From Bacillota bacterium (GTDB lineage: Bacteria > Bacillota > UBA4882 > UBA8346): a stretch of 64,000 bases of DNA. Location of the stretch: assembly GCA_023401925.1 (NCBI GenBank), contig JAEXDA010000029.1, positions 1-64,000 on the forward strand. The letters run 5' to 3'. The translations under genes were made by a program, and so were the position numbers. A model generated the notes under the pieces. The model saw nothing but the letters and a program-made list of their open reading frames with translations. It did not search any database and was not told the DNA's origin. Each line of letters begins with the position of its first letter. Position 1 is the first letter of the stretch. This document shows, in pieces, positions 40,921 through 49,942 of this stretch.

Positions 40921-40989
40921 AGAGGAATGGCAACGGCCGGTTAAGGGCTGGCGGTAATGGCTAATTAAAGGAAAAGGAATCGATAAAAA

Positions 40990-41955
40990 GTGGAAAAAGT
41001 ATACTTGGGAGTCGATGTCGGCTCGGTGAGTACCAATATCGTCGGTATTGATGAACAGGAGTCGGTAATTTTTTCTAAATATTTAAGGAATGACGGGCAA
41101 CCCCTTGAGGTCATTCAAGATGGCTTGAAAAAGATTGATCATGAATTCGTGAATTTAAAAGTGATGGGAGTCGGCACTACTGGGAGCGGTAGGTTACTCG
41201 CCGGAACAATGCTTGGAGCCGATATCATCAAGAATGAAATCACCGCCCATGCTTATGCAGCAGTTCATTTCCATCCTGAGGTGCAAGCCATTATTGAAAT
41301 TGGCGGTCAGGACTCCAAATTAATTATCATAACCCATGGTGTAGTCAGCGATTTTTCTATGAATACCGTCTGTGCGGCCGGTACCGGTTCGTTTCTTGAT
41401 CATCAAGCGGAAAGACTCAAAGTCCCGATTGAGGACTTTGGCGATCTCGCTTTATCAGCCCGGAAACGGGTACGTATCGCCGGAAGGTGTACGGTATTCG
41501 CTGAATCCGACATGATTGCCAAGCAGCAATTCGGTTTTTCCAAGGCCGAGATTATCAATGGCTTATGTGATGCATTGGTTCGTAATTATCTTAACAATTT
41601 AGGCCGGGATAAATCAATCCTTGCTCCGGTTTTGTTTCAGGGTGGTGTTGCCGCCAACAAGGGGATCAAGGCTGCTTTTGAGAGGGAATTGCACATTCCG
41701 GTGATTGTACCAAGATATTTCAACGTAATGGGTGCAATTGGCGCTGCGCTGCTGGCTCGGAAACAATTGCGGAAAACTGGTTGCGATACCGGGTTTAGGG
41801 GATTTGAACAGTTGTTGCTTGACTTCGCTCCCACTTCATTTGAATGTGAGGGTTGCAGCAATTGCTGCGAAGTCATTCAGGTTGAACAGGAGCAGCGGAT
41901 TATCGCCATCTGGGGCGATAAATGCGGCAAATACAGCAACCGGATTTCAGCTTAA
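40990..41955 (+). CDS. CoA-substrate-specific enzyme activase (HgdC/BcrAD/YjiL-like ASKHA ATPase, [4Fe-4S] electron donor) with an unusual Cys-rich C-terminal tail
   Basis: LGVDVGSVSTN...GTTGSGR...CAAGTGSF ASKHA motifs. C-terminus FECEGCSNCCEV...GDKCGKY. GTG start. Confidence 0.7.
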   Translation: MEKVYLGVDVGSVSTNIVGIDEQESVIFSKYLRNDGQPLEVIQDGLKKIDHEFVNLKVMGVGTTGSGRLLAGTMLGADIIKNEITAHAYAAVHFHPEVQAIIEIGGQDSKLIIITHGVVSDFSMNTVCAAGTGSFLDHQAERLKVPIEDFGDLALSARKRVRIAGRCTVFAESDMIAKQQFGFSKAEIINGLCDALVRNYLNNLGRDKSILAPVLFQGGVAANKGIKAAFERELHIPVIVPRYFNVMGAIGAALLARKQLRKTGCDTGFRGFEQLLLDFAPTSFECEGCSNCCEVIQVEQEQRIIAIWGDKCGKYSNRISA

Positions 41956-41965
41956 TCGATTCTAG

Positions 41966-41997
41966 CCGTCCTCAAATTTCTTTTTGGGACGGTTTAT
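41966..41997 (+). terminator. Intrinsic terminator after the activase gene
   Basis: CCGTCC-loop-GGACGG followed by TTTATTT. Confidence 0.5.
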
Positions 41998-42555
41998 TTA
42001 TGCGCTAAAACAGATTCAAAAATTTTGGAGGAAAGTGCCGCTGAATTAGCTTTGATGCACCGGCTTTTGTACCTTTCCCTGGGTTCCCGCCTATAGGTTC
42101 CATCGATAAAAATGAATATTGTCCAGAAGGGTTGATTGTGATATAGTATATACAAAAGGGTAAATATGGTAAATAAGGTAAAACAAAGAAAAGTTAATTC
42201 GTCATCAAACCCCAATGGACCACCAGGACAGTCCGGTTGACGCCAGCCATCTAGTAAGTGCGAAAAATAAAACGTTGATTCAGGACGAGCTTTTAAAACC
42301 TAGTTTGAAATCGAAAATACTTAAACTTGTCACCGGTGTCATCGCGAAAAGTAAGGATTGCCGACATAAAAAATAAATGGGTTTTAAACTCCGGCACCGT
42401 TCTTGCTTTCTGCCGTTTTTTCCATCGTTGACGGTGAGCCCGGTGCGGCATGGATAACCCAAACGATGCCTCGGAAGGGGGGAGACGTTGCATAAGATTC
42501 ATAGTGGTTGAGGAAGGGAAAGAGTTTTTTTAAGCGGGAAACCAAAAAAGAAAGG

Positions 42556-44346
42556 ATGGTTTTGGTCATGGTAAAAAAATCTTACGGGTTACGGTATGTC
42601 ATCCCCGTCATCATGATCTGTCTTCTGGCTGCCACCTTTACTTGGACATCCCAGATTTCCAAAGCGGCCAACTATAATGTCAATATCGATACGAGCACAA
42701 CCTACCAAACCTTGGAAGGGTTTGGCGCCGCCACGGCTTGGTACACCAGCTGGCTCACCCAGCATCCGAATAAAGCCGAGATCTACGACTTGCTTTTTAA
42801 CGGCTTGGGACTCGATATCATTCGTTTTCGAAATACTTACGGAAGTCGCAATGGGGCGTCCTTTGCTCCCGATGAACCGGAAATTGTACAGCAAGCGAGC
42901 CTATCGTTGGGACATCCCATTAAAGTACTCGTCAGCTCCTGGACACCGCCTTCGGATTTGAAAGCGGGCGGCACTTTAAACGGCGGAACCCTGGCCAAGG
43001 TAAGCGGCGCTTTTAATTATAGTGGCTTTGCCGATTACTGGTACAACTCCATTAATGGGTATACCGGCAAAGGGATTATCCCCGATTATATCAGCATTCA
43101 AAATGAGCCTGATTATGAAAACACAGGGTGGGAAACTTGTATTTTTAAACCGACCGAAGATTCAAATTATCCCGGCTATGGTAAAGCCTTGGACGCCGTT
43201 TACAGCCGTATCCAGTCTATGGCAAACAAGCCGAAAATCCTGGGACCGGAGACCGCCGGCATCGGCAGCAACCTGGTGCAAAACTATTGCGCCAACATGA
43301 ATCTTTCGGAAGTTTACGGCATTGATCATCATTTATATAATGGCGGGGATGCCAATAGCCCGGACAGTTTCAATTCCGCTCTTCAAAGTTTAGCCAGTTC
43401 CTACTATCCGGGCAAACCGCTTTTCCAAACCGAATATGATCAAGGCACGGTTTTTACCACCGGCCAGTTGATGATTAACTCCCTGGTTTACGAAAACGCC
43501 AGCGCCTATTTCTACTGGGATCTGATTTGGACCATGGACCAGCGACCGCTGGTGAATTTGGAAGACCCCAATAACCGCAGCGGTTGGACGACAGCCCGGG
43601 GTTATAAAGTCTCCGACTTCTATTATGTGTTCAAGCACTTTAGTAAATATACCGACCCCGGATATAAGCGAGTGGCCGCTACAGCCGACAACAGCAATGT
43701 CCGGACTGTGGCCTTCATTTCGCCGGACCAAAAACAATTGACGGTTATCTTGCTGAATAATAGCAGTTCACAAAATTCAGTGGCCTTAAATCTGAACGGT
43801 TACCCGGTGGGAAGTTCGGCCATTTACCGCACCACTCCCGGAGGCAGTGAAAGGTTTGCCAGTGTGGGCGCTTTAGGAAGTGACAATACCGTCACCTTAC
43901 CGGCCCAGTCCATTGCTACAGTAGTGATTATGAGTTCAGGTCCGACTCCGACGGTAACACCGACTGTGACGCCTACAATAACACCGACGATAACGCCAAC
44001 AGTAACTCCTACGCCGCCAGTCAACGGTGTTACGGTAACCTATGCCATCCAAAACGATTGGGGTAACGGATCGACCATCAATGTAACGATCAAAAACAAC
44101 GGTACTTCGGCAATCAATGATTGGCAGTTGGCCTGGACCTTCCCGGGCAACCAGAAGATCACCAATCTGTGGAACGGCAGTTACACCCAAAACGGGGCGA
44201 ACGTAACTGTGACCAATCTCAGTTATAATAGTGGCATCCCTGCGGGGGGCGGTACGGTGAATTTCGGGTTCAACATCAGCTATAGCGGTTCCAACGCCAA
44301 ACCGGCCGGTTTTACCCTTAACGGGACCCCAACCCAAGTTCAATAA
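42556..44346 (+). CDS. Secreted GH30-family glycoside hydrolase (glucuronoxylanase XynC-like) with a Pro/Thr linker and a C-terminal CBM2-like carbohydrate-binding module
   Basis: Signal peptide. TLEGFGAA...SWTPPSDLK...IQNEPDY match GH30_8 catalytic-region motifs. Linker PTPTVTPTVTPTITPTITPTVTPTPP. C-terminal WQLAWTF...FGFN CBM2-like module. Confidence 0.7.
   Translation: MVLVMVKKSYGLRYVIPVIMICLLAATFTWTSQISKAANYNVNIDTSTTYQTLEGFGAATAWYTSWLTQHPNKAEIYDLLFNGLGLDIIRFRNTYGSRNGASFAPDEPEIVQQASLSLGHPIKVLVSSWTPPSDLKAGGTLNGGTLAKVSGAFNYSGFADYWYNSINGYTGKGIIPDYISIQNEPDYENTGWETCIFKPTEDSNYPGYGKALDAVYSRIQSMANKPKILGPETAGIGSNLVQNYCANMNLSEVYGIDHHLYNGGDANSPDSFNSALQSLASSYYPGKPLFQTEYDQGTVFTTGQLMINSLVYENASAYFYWDLIWTMDQRPLVNLEDPNNRSGWTTARGYKVSDFYYVFKHFSKYTDPGYKRVAATADNSNVRTVAFISPDQKQLTVILLNNSSSQNSVALNLNGYPVGSSAIYRTTPGGSERFASVGALGSDNTVTLPAQSIATVVIMSSGPTPTVTPTVTPTITPTITPTVTPTPPVNGVTVTYAIQNDWGNGSTINVTIKNNGTSAINDWQLAWTFPGNQKITNLWNGSYTQNGANVTVTNLSYNSGIPAGGGTVNFGFNISYSGSNAKPAGFTLNGTPTQVQ
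43935..44012 (+). repeat. Imperfect 12-bp tandem repeats encoding the (T-P-T-V/I) linker
   Basis: ccgac(t/g)ccgac.gtaaca repeated about 6 times. Confidence 0.6.
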
Positions 44347-44352
44347 AATATA

Positions 44353-44387
44353 ACCAGGGGAGCCGGATAACCGGTTTCCCTGGTTTA
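44353..44387 (+). terminator. Intrinsic terminator after the GH30 gene
   Basis: CCAGGGGAGCCGGATAACCGGTTTCCCTGG followed by TTT. Confidence 0.5.
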
Positions 44388-44825
44388 GAACCGATATTTC
44401 AATGGGTTTTTCTCTAGGTGAGTGGGTAAGGATGGAAAAAAAGAGTTTTTTGAGATTTCACAAGAACACTTTGATGGTTCCGGATTACAATTGCAATTCC
44501 GCAAAAAAAATTATTTTTCTTCGGAAAACATAAACTGAGGGAGAAATGATTTTGTAGACCGGTCTAGCAACATTGAGGATGGGAGAAATAATTTTATCGA
44601 TGATCTTCAATAACCGGATGGTTATTCCAGAATGAAGCTGGAGTTGTTGAAACCGGGAGCCGGATGGATGGACGTTCGATTGGCTTGGTAAAGATGGGGG
44701 GATTGGTACGGATGATACCGCCCCCCGTATTTTGCTTTATGCTTGAATTCCGGTATTTCATGTTGCGATGTGGGGTTTTTGCATAGGGAATTCTATGGAG
44801 CGGTTTTTTAAACCCGATTCCTCCA

Positions 44826-45623
44826 TTATTTTTCAGCAACCGGTTCCTCTTTCAATAGATCCTGGATAACTTCCCCCGCGATGATCAATCCCGCAATCGG
44901 AGGAAGATAGGACATACTCCCGGGGATCTTTCGCCGTTTGGTGCAGTTCCAGCCCGGGTCCTCATCATCACGGTGGGGGCAGATGCATCCGCCGTGACAA
45001 GTGACTACCCCTTCTTTGGACTCCACCGGAACTTCCGTAGAATAGACCACTTTGACTCCGCTTTCAATCCCTTTTTCCCGCAAGGCTTTGCGAACCGATT
45101 TGGCCAGCGGACAGGTATGGGTTTTACTGATATCGTCAACCCGGAAGGACAAAGGATCGAACTTATTGCCTGTCCCCATGGAGGAAATCACCGGGATAGC
45201 GTTTTCTTTACAGTAACGGATTAAATCCACCTTGGACCAGACGGTGTCGATGGCGTCAACCACATAAGAAATTCTGCCGTGCAAGATGACATCAATATTT
45301 CGGGCATCTAAAAATTCTTTCCAGGATACCACGACAGCCTCCGGATTGATGGCCTTAACCCTTTCAGCCATGACTTCGACTTTGGGACGGCCGTAGGTTC
45401 CTTCAATGGCATGAATTTGCCGGTTGGTATTGGTCAAACAGATTTCATCGAAATCCACTAAAATGAGCCAGCCAACCCCAGCCCTGGCTAAAGCTTCAAC
45501 CGTATAAGCTCCAACACCTCCCAGACCAATTACAGCGACCCGGGCGCTGTTTAACTTGGCCAAACCTTCGCTGCCAATTAATAATTCGGTTCTACTAAAC
45601 CGGTGTTGGGCCAGTTCACTCAT
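44826..45623 (-). CDS. tcdA: tRNA threonylcarbamoyladenosine dehydratase (ThiF/MoeB/HesA-family E1-like)
   Basis: VIGLGGVGAYTVEALARAGVGWLILVDFD nucleotide-binding motif plus a Cys-rich C-terminal extension, as in TcdA/CsdL. Confidence 0.75.
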   Translation of the reverse strand: MSELAQHRFSRTELLIGSEGLAKLNSARVAVIGLGGVGAYTVEALARAGVGWLILVDFDEICLTNTNRQIHAIEGTYGRPKVEVMAERVKAINPEAVVVSWKEFLDARNIDVILHGRISYVVDAIDTVWSKVDLIRYCKENAIPVISSMGTGNKFDPLSFRVDDISKTHTCPLAKSVRKALREKGIESGVKVVYSTEVPVESKEGVVTCHGGCICPHRDDEDPGWNCTKRRKIPGSMSYLPPIAGLIIAGEVIQDLLKEEPVAEK

Positions 45624-45860
45624 GTTATGCCTCCTGCGTCTATATTTTTTGAATGGAGTCCATTTCGCTATTGGTTTTGGAAATCCTTTATGTTCGAATC
45701 AGGTAAAATGGTCATTTGCAAAAAAAGCTTTGATACTATTATACCCCGGGAAGGATTGGAATTGTGTAAGCAAAATATGAACAAAAAAGAAGCTGTTGCA
45801 AAATAAGATTTATCGAGGGAGAAATCACTTCTGCAACAGCTTCTTTAAAGGTTTGGAATT

Positions 45861-47159
45861 TTATTTCTGCGAAATCGCTAATGCTTCATCAAGGGCTTCG
45901 ATGATATCATCCGGATGCTCGAGCCCGATGGATAACCGGATGAGGTCGGGTGTGAGTCCGCCTTCACGCTGCTGTTCCTCGCTCAATTGGGAATGGGATG
46001 TGGAGGACGGATGCAAAATTAAGCTCTTGGCATCGCCTACGTTGGCCAGATTCGAGAACAACGTGATATTGTCAATCAGTTTTACCGCCGCTTCATAGCC
46101 GCCTTTCACTCCAAAGACCACCATGCCGCCGAAACCATTTTGCAAGTATTTCTTAGCGACCGGATAGGTTGGGTCGTCGGGAAGACCGGGGTAACGTACC
46201 CAAGCCACTCGCGGGTCCTTTTTCAAAAATTCGGCAACTTTCAAGGCGTTATCGGAATGTTTTTCCATACGTACCGGCAATGTTTCAATACCTTGCGTAA
46301 AGATCCAGGCATTATCGGGGGAAAGTGTGGCCCCAAGGTTACGAAGAGGTACGGTACGGAAACGCAATGCGTAAGAAATCGGAGAGAGCGCTTCCGGAAG
46401 ATCATAGGCCCACTTTAAACCGTGATAATTGGGATCAGGCTGGGTCATTAAAGGGAACTTATCGTTCTTCCAGTTAAATTTGCCGGAATCGGTGATAATT
46501 CCTCCAATAGCGGAACCATGGCCTCCAAGCCATTTGGTGAGAGAATTGATGACGATATCGGCGCCATAATCGATAGCTCTCAGCAGGTAGGGAGTCGTAA
46601 ATGTACCGTCAACGATTAAGGGAATATTATGAGCATGGGCAATCTTGGCAACTTCGCCGACATCGGTAAAATCAAGCGCGGGATTGCCGATGGTTTCAAT
46701 ATATAGCAGTTTGGTTTTCGGAGTGATGGCTTTTTCAAAGTTTTGGGGATCTTTGGCATCGACAAACTTGGTGATAATGCCGAATTGGGGTAAGATAGCG
46801 TCAAACATCGTATAGGTCCCGCCATAGAGATTGTTGGCGGAAACGATTTCGTCCCCTTGTCCCGCAATCGTAATGATGGCATAGTGGATTGCGCTGGTAC
46901 CCGATGCAACGGATACTGAAGCGGCCCCACCCTCGAGTGCGGAGACACGGTCTTCAAGAACTGCATTGGTGGGATTACCGAGCCGGCTGTATATAAAGCC
47001 AAGTTCTTTCAAACCAAAGAGATTGGCGCCGTGTTCGGTATTTTTGAATACAAAGGAACTGGTGCGATGAACGGAAATGCCCCGCGATAAAGTGGTAGGA
47101 TCGGGAACCTGCCCCGCGTGAATGGAAAGTGTTTCAAACCGGTAATTGTTTTTGGCCAT
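45861..47159 (-). CDS. metY: O-acetylhomoserine aminocarboxypropyltransferase (PLP-dependent, Cys/Met metabolism family), paralog 1
   Basis: ETLSIHAGQ...YSRLGNPT...PLP-lysine region. 432 aa. Confidence 0.85.
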   Translation of the reverse strand: MAKNNYRFETLSIHAGQVPDPTTLSRGISVHRTSSFVFKNTEHGANLFGLKELGFIYSRLGNPTNAVLEDRVSALEGGAASVSVASGTSAIHYAIITIAGQGDEIVSANNLYGGTYTMFDAILPQFGIITKFVDAKDPQNFEKAITPKTKLLYIETIGNPALDFTDVGEVAKIAHAHNIPLIVDGTFTTPYLLRAIDYGADIVINSLTKWLGGHGSAIGGIITDSGKFNWKNDKFPLMTQPDPNYHGLKWAYDLPEALSPISYALRFRTVPLRNLGATLSPDNAWIFTQGIETLPVRMEKHSDNALKVAEFLKKDPRVAWVRYPGLPDDPTYPVAKKYLQNGFGGMVVFGVKGGYEAAVKLIDNITLFSNLANVGDAKSLILHPSSTSHSQLSEEQQREGGLTPDLIRLSIGLEHPDDIIEALDEALAISQK

Positions 47160-47323
47160 TGCAATTCTCCTTTATAAATATTTTTTTGAAAAACCAAAAT
47201 GTATCCGTCAGTTCTTACTCCGGTTTTGAGCCCCTTTTGAATGGTCTTTGGGTCATCCGGAATCACCAACAAAAAAATAAAATAAAACCTATATGTTTAG
47301 TAGGGAAATTAAATTATAAAAAT

Positions 47324-47351
47324 TATATCTTACTGATCCAATGATTGTCAA
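47324..47351 (-). promoter_or_regulatory. Candidate sigma-A promoter for metY (TTGACA-16-TATAAT) with a ~165 nt leader of unassigned structure
   Basis: Minus strand reads TTGACAatcattggatcagtaagaTATAAT. Confidence 0.35.
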
Positions 47352-47645
47352 CAAGAAAATTTCCCAATCGAAAACTACTTGGATTCCGGTATTCAATGAG
47401 GCTGTTAAATCCCTCACTAAGTAGTGAAATCGGGATAAAGGCCTTTCATTAAAATTATTGGATAAAGTATCACGCACTTCGAACCCGGCATACATTAAAA
47501 AAGATGTAGGAAATTCATACCGATCGGAACCGGTAGGAGTTTCCTAAAACTTAATCAAACCCCGGCCCAAAAAATGAAGCGTCGATCCGGATAGAGCCGA
47601 GGCTATTTTCTAAGTCTAGTTTGATAATGAAAGGGGTAGCAATAG

Positions 47646-48425
47646 ATGATCACCGAATTAAATATTCTGCCGGGTTTCAATAAATCCGGGATCCAGGAAG
47701 ATTTTGAGGAGCTTACACTGAAGGCGGGGGAGACCATATCGATAGTGGGCCCGACCGGAAGCGGCAAAACTGCTTTTATTACCGATATAGAATTACTGGC
47801 GCAAGGGGATACATCCACCAAACGACATATTTTGCTCAACCGGGAAGTGCCCGAGGACAGTATCCGTTATAATCCGGCTTTGAAACCGATTGCCATGATC
47901 ACTCAAAATACCAAATGCTTTGCGGATTTAGCGACTGAGGAGTTTCTGCAAATCCATGCCCGGGCCCGTTGTATTCAAAGTAAAACCATCATTGAGGAAA
48001 CCATTGAATTGGCTAATATTTTCACCGGTGAAAAAATTCAAAAGAATAATAAAGTCACGACCCTTTCCGGCGGTCAAACCCGTTCCCTGTTAATCGCCGA
48101 TGCTATTTTGATAGGGGCGGCGCCTATTGTATTATTGGATGAGATTGAGAACGCCGGCATTTTTAAACAGGAAGTATTGGAGATCATCCACGGGGCCGGG
48201 AAAATTATTATTTTTGTGACCCATGATCCGGTGATCGCCTTACATACTGAGAAAAGGGTGATTATGGAAAATGGCGGCGTCAAAAAGGTCCTTCAGCAAA
48301 ATGAGTTAGAAATATATGCCGCCCGGAATCTGGTTGAACTTGATAAAAGAGTGGGAGCCATTCGAGAGGAGTTACGAGCGGGCCATATTATTACGAGGGA
48401 ACTGGCCAATTTAAATTTTGCCTAA
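47646..48425 (+). CDS. Stand-alone ABC-type ATPase with no adjacent permease; atypical Walker B (LLDEIENAG)
   Basis: Walker A GPTGSGKT, Q-loop, LSGGQ signature, D-E Walker B, H-loop THD. 259 aa. Confidence 0.75.
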   Translation: MITELNILPGFNKSGIQEDFEELTLKAGETISIVGPTGSGKTAFITDIELLAQGDTSTKRHILLNREVPEDSIRYNPALKPIAMITQNTKCFADLATEEFLQIHARARCIQSKTIIEETIELANIFTGEKIQKNNKVTTLSGGQTRSLLIADAILIGAAPIVLLDEIENAGIFKQEVLEIIHGAGKIIIFVTHDPVIALHTEKRVIMENGGVKKVLQQNELEIYAARNLVELDKRVGAIREELRAGHIITRELANLNFA

Positions 48426-48448
48426 AAGGTACGAAGGAGTTGTAAAAA

Positions 48449-49159
48449 TTGAAGTTAGCGATTATAGCCGGACCACCGTCTGCCGGAAAAACTGCCCTTA
48501 TTAAACAAATTGTGGGCAATCTTCGAGATTCGATGCGGATTGTTTTTCTAAAAATTGATGTGGTAAAAGCTTATGAAGATATTGAACTTGAAATGGAATT
48601 CGGGATTCTGACCAAAAAGATTTATTCGGGGGATTTGTGTCCGGATCATGCCGGAGTGATGGTTCTTGGGGATGCGATTGAGTGGGCCTTCGCCAACAAG
48701 GCCGATTTGTTTATCGTTGAAAGCGCCGGTTTATGCTTGCGTTGTTCGCCGTACTTGAACCAGGGACTGGGGATTGTGGTCTTAAGTTCCATTTCGGGAA
48801 TTCATACCCCGGAAAAGATGGGGGCGATGGTGAGCTTGGCCGATGTGGCGGTCGTAACCAAAATTGATTTGGTAAGTCAGGCCGAACGGGAGGTGTTGAT
48901 TCAAAAAATCAAGGAGATTCACCCCGCTGTGATCTTACTGGAAACAAACGCTCTTCAGGGCACGTCCTTGCAGCGGCTCTATGAGCTCATTCGTAATTCG
49001 GGTGACATTTCCGAAGATAATTTATACTTGAAAGGGAATCCGCCGCTCGGTACTTGTACTATCTGTGTTGGCAAGAAAGATATCGGGTGGCGCAAACACT
49101 TTGGAGTTGTCAAGAAATTGGAAGGCAATATCGCCGACTATTTATATCGGGGTGAATGA
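48449..49159 (+). CDS. G3E-family P-loop GTPase (HypB/UreG/CobW-like metallochaperone fold)
   Basis: G1 GPPSAGKT; switch motif VESAGLCLRCSP (compare ENVGNLVCP in HypB and ESGG in UreG); G4-like TKID; CPDH motif. Confidence 0.55.
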   Translation: MKLAIIAGPPSAGKTALIKQIVGNLRDSMRIVFLKIDVVKAYEDIELEMEFGILTKKIYSGDLCPDHAGVMVLGDAIEWAFANKADLFIVESAGLCLRCSPYLNQGLGIVVLSSISGIHTPEKMGAMVSLADVAVVTKIDLVSQAEREVLIQKIKEIHPAVILLETNALQGTSLQRLYELIRNSGDISEDNLYLKGNPPLGTCTICVGKKDIGWRKHFGVVKKLEGNIADYLYRGE

Positions 49160-49160
49160 A

Positions 49161-49811
49161 ATGACCATTGCAAAACTGTGGCATCCACCGGGCAAAAATT
49201 GCGGTTTATGCGGGGATGAGTCATGCCGGGATTTTTTACGGGCGGTTATTAATGAACAAAAAAGTTATAGCGACTGCCCTTATTATCAAGAACAGTCCCT
49301 GGCGGCGGAAGGACAGATGCGGGAAGCGATTTATACCGACTTGGATGTCCTAGGCCATCCTTATGATTTTGTTTTGAGCCCAATACCGGGGGAGATCTCG
49401 GCCCGGAAAATTGTATTGCCTTTCCGGGGCGACCTGGTAGAAAAGATGGAAATTGTAAAGGGTGATTATGTCATGGGCCGCCCCATGGGAGCCGGATGCC
49501 CGATTCCCCATGTTTTGGAAGTGATTGAAGCTGATCCCCTTACCGGCCTGCTTACAACATGGGTGGTAGGACCTAGAGTGTCCCGGGAAAAACCGGTCAA
49601 AGATGTCAAGGCCTATCATATGATAGGTTTTGACGGCCTGGCTGAACATGTCCGAAGAAAACCAGCGGTGGGATATAGGATGTCCTTTCTGCCAGGCTGC
49701 TGTATGATGAATTTGAACCATACCGGCCTGGTTAACATGGTGCTTGAAAAAAGTTACGGCACCCAAATCCGGGTGGAAGACATCAGGATACTGGCCGGAC
49801 CTGAGGGGTAA
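49161..49811 (+). CDS. Cys-motif protein of unknown function (CGLCGDESC-x16-C, GCPIPH, PGCC)
   Basis: ATG 1 nt after the preceding stop. 7 Cys including a CxxCx4C cluster near the N-terminus. No recognisable family. Confidence 0.45.
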   Translation: MTIAKLWHPPGKNCGLCGDESCRDFLRAVINEQKSYSDCPYYQEQSLAAEGQMREAIYTDLDVLGHPYDFVLSPIPGEISARKIVLPFRGDLVEKMEIVKGDYVMGRPMGAGCPIPHVLEVIEADPLTGLLTTWVVGPRVSREKPVKDVKAYHMIGFDGLAEHVRRKPAVGYRMSFLPGCCMMNLNHTGLVNMVLEKSYGTQIRVEDIRILAGPEG

Positions 49812-49942
49812 TGGGTCTGTTTATATTTCACCTTTGAAATTTTAATGAAAGAGGCTCTCGCAAAAGGAAATACGCCCCGGGCACGCCCGAAAAAGCGCGT
49901 ACACGCGACGTATTTCTCAGTGAACAGCCTTTAAAATTTTCA

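Noticed and set aside
47160-47645. Expected SAM-I riboswitch or T-box upstream of metY (and likewise 58136-58492 upstream of the second metY)
   Set aside because: I searched both strands for the CUCUUAUCAAGAG / GGCCCGAUGAA / GGUGC S-box core and for the T-box AGGGUGGNACCGCG motif, and found neither. Only a promoter-like hexamer pair was found. They are left as unassigned leaders.
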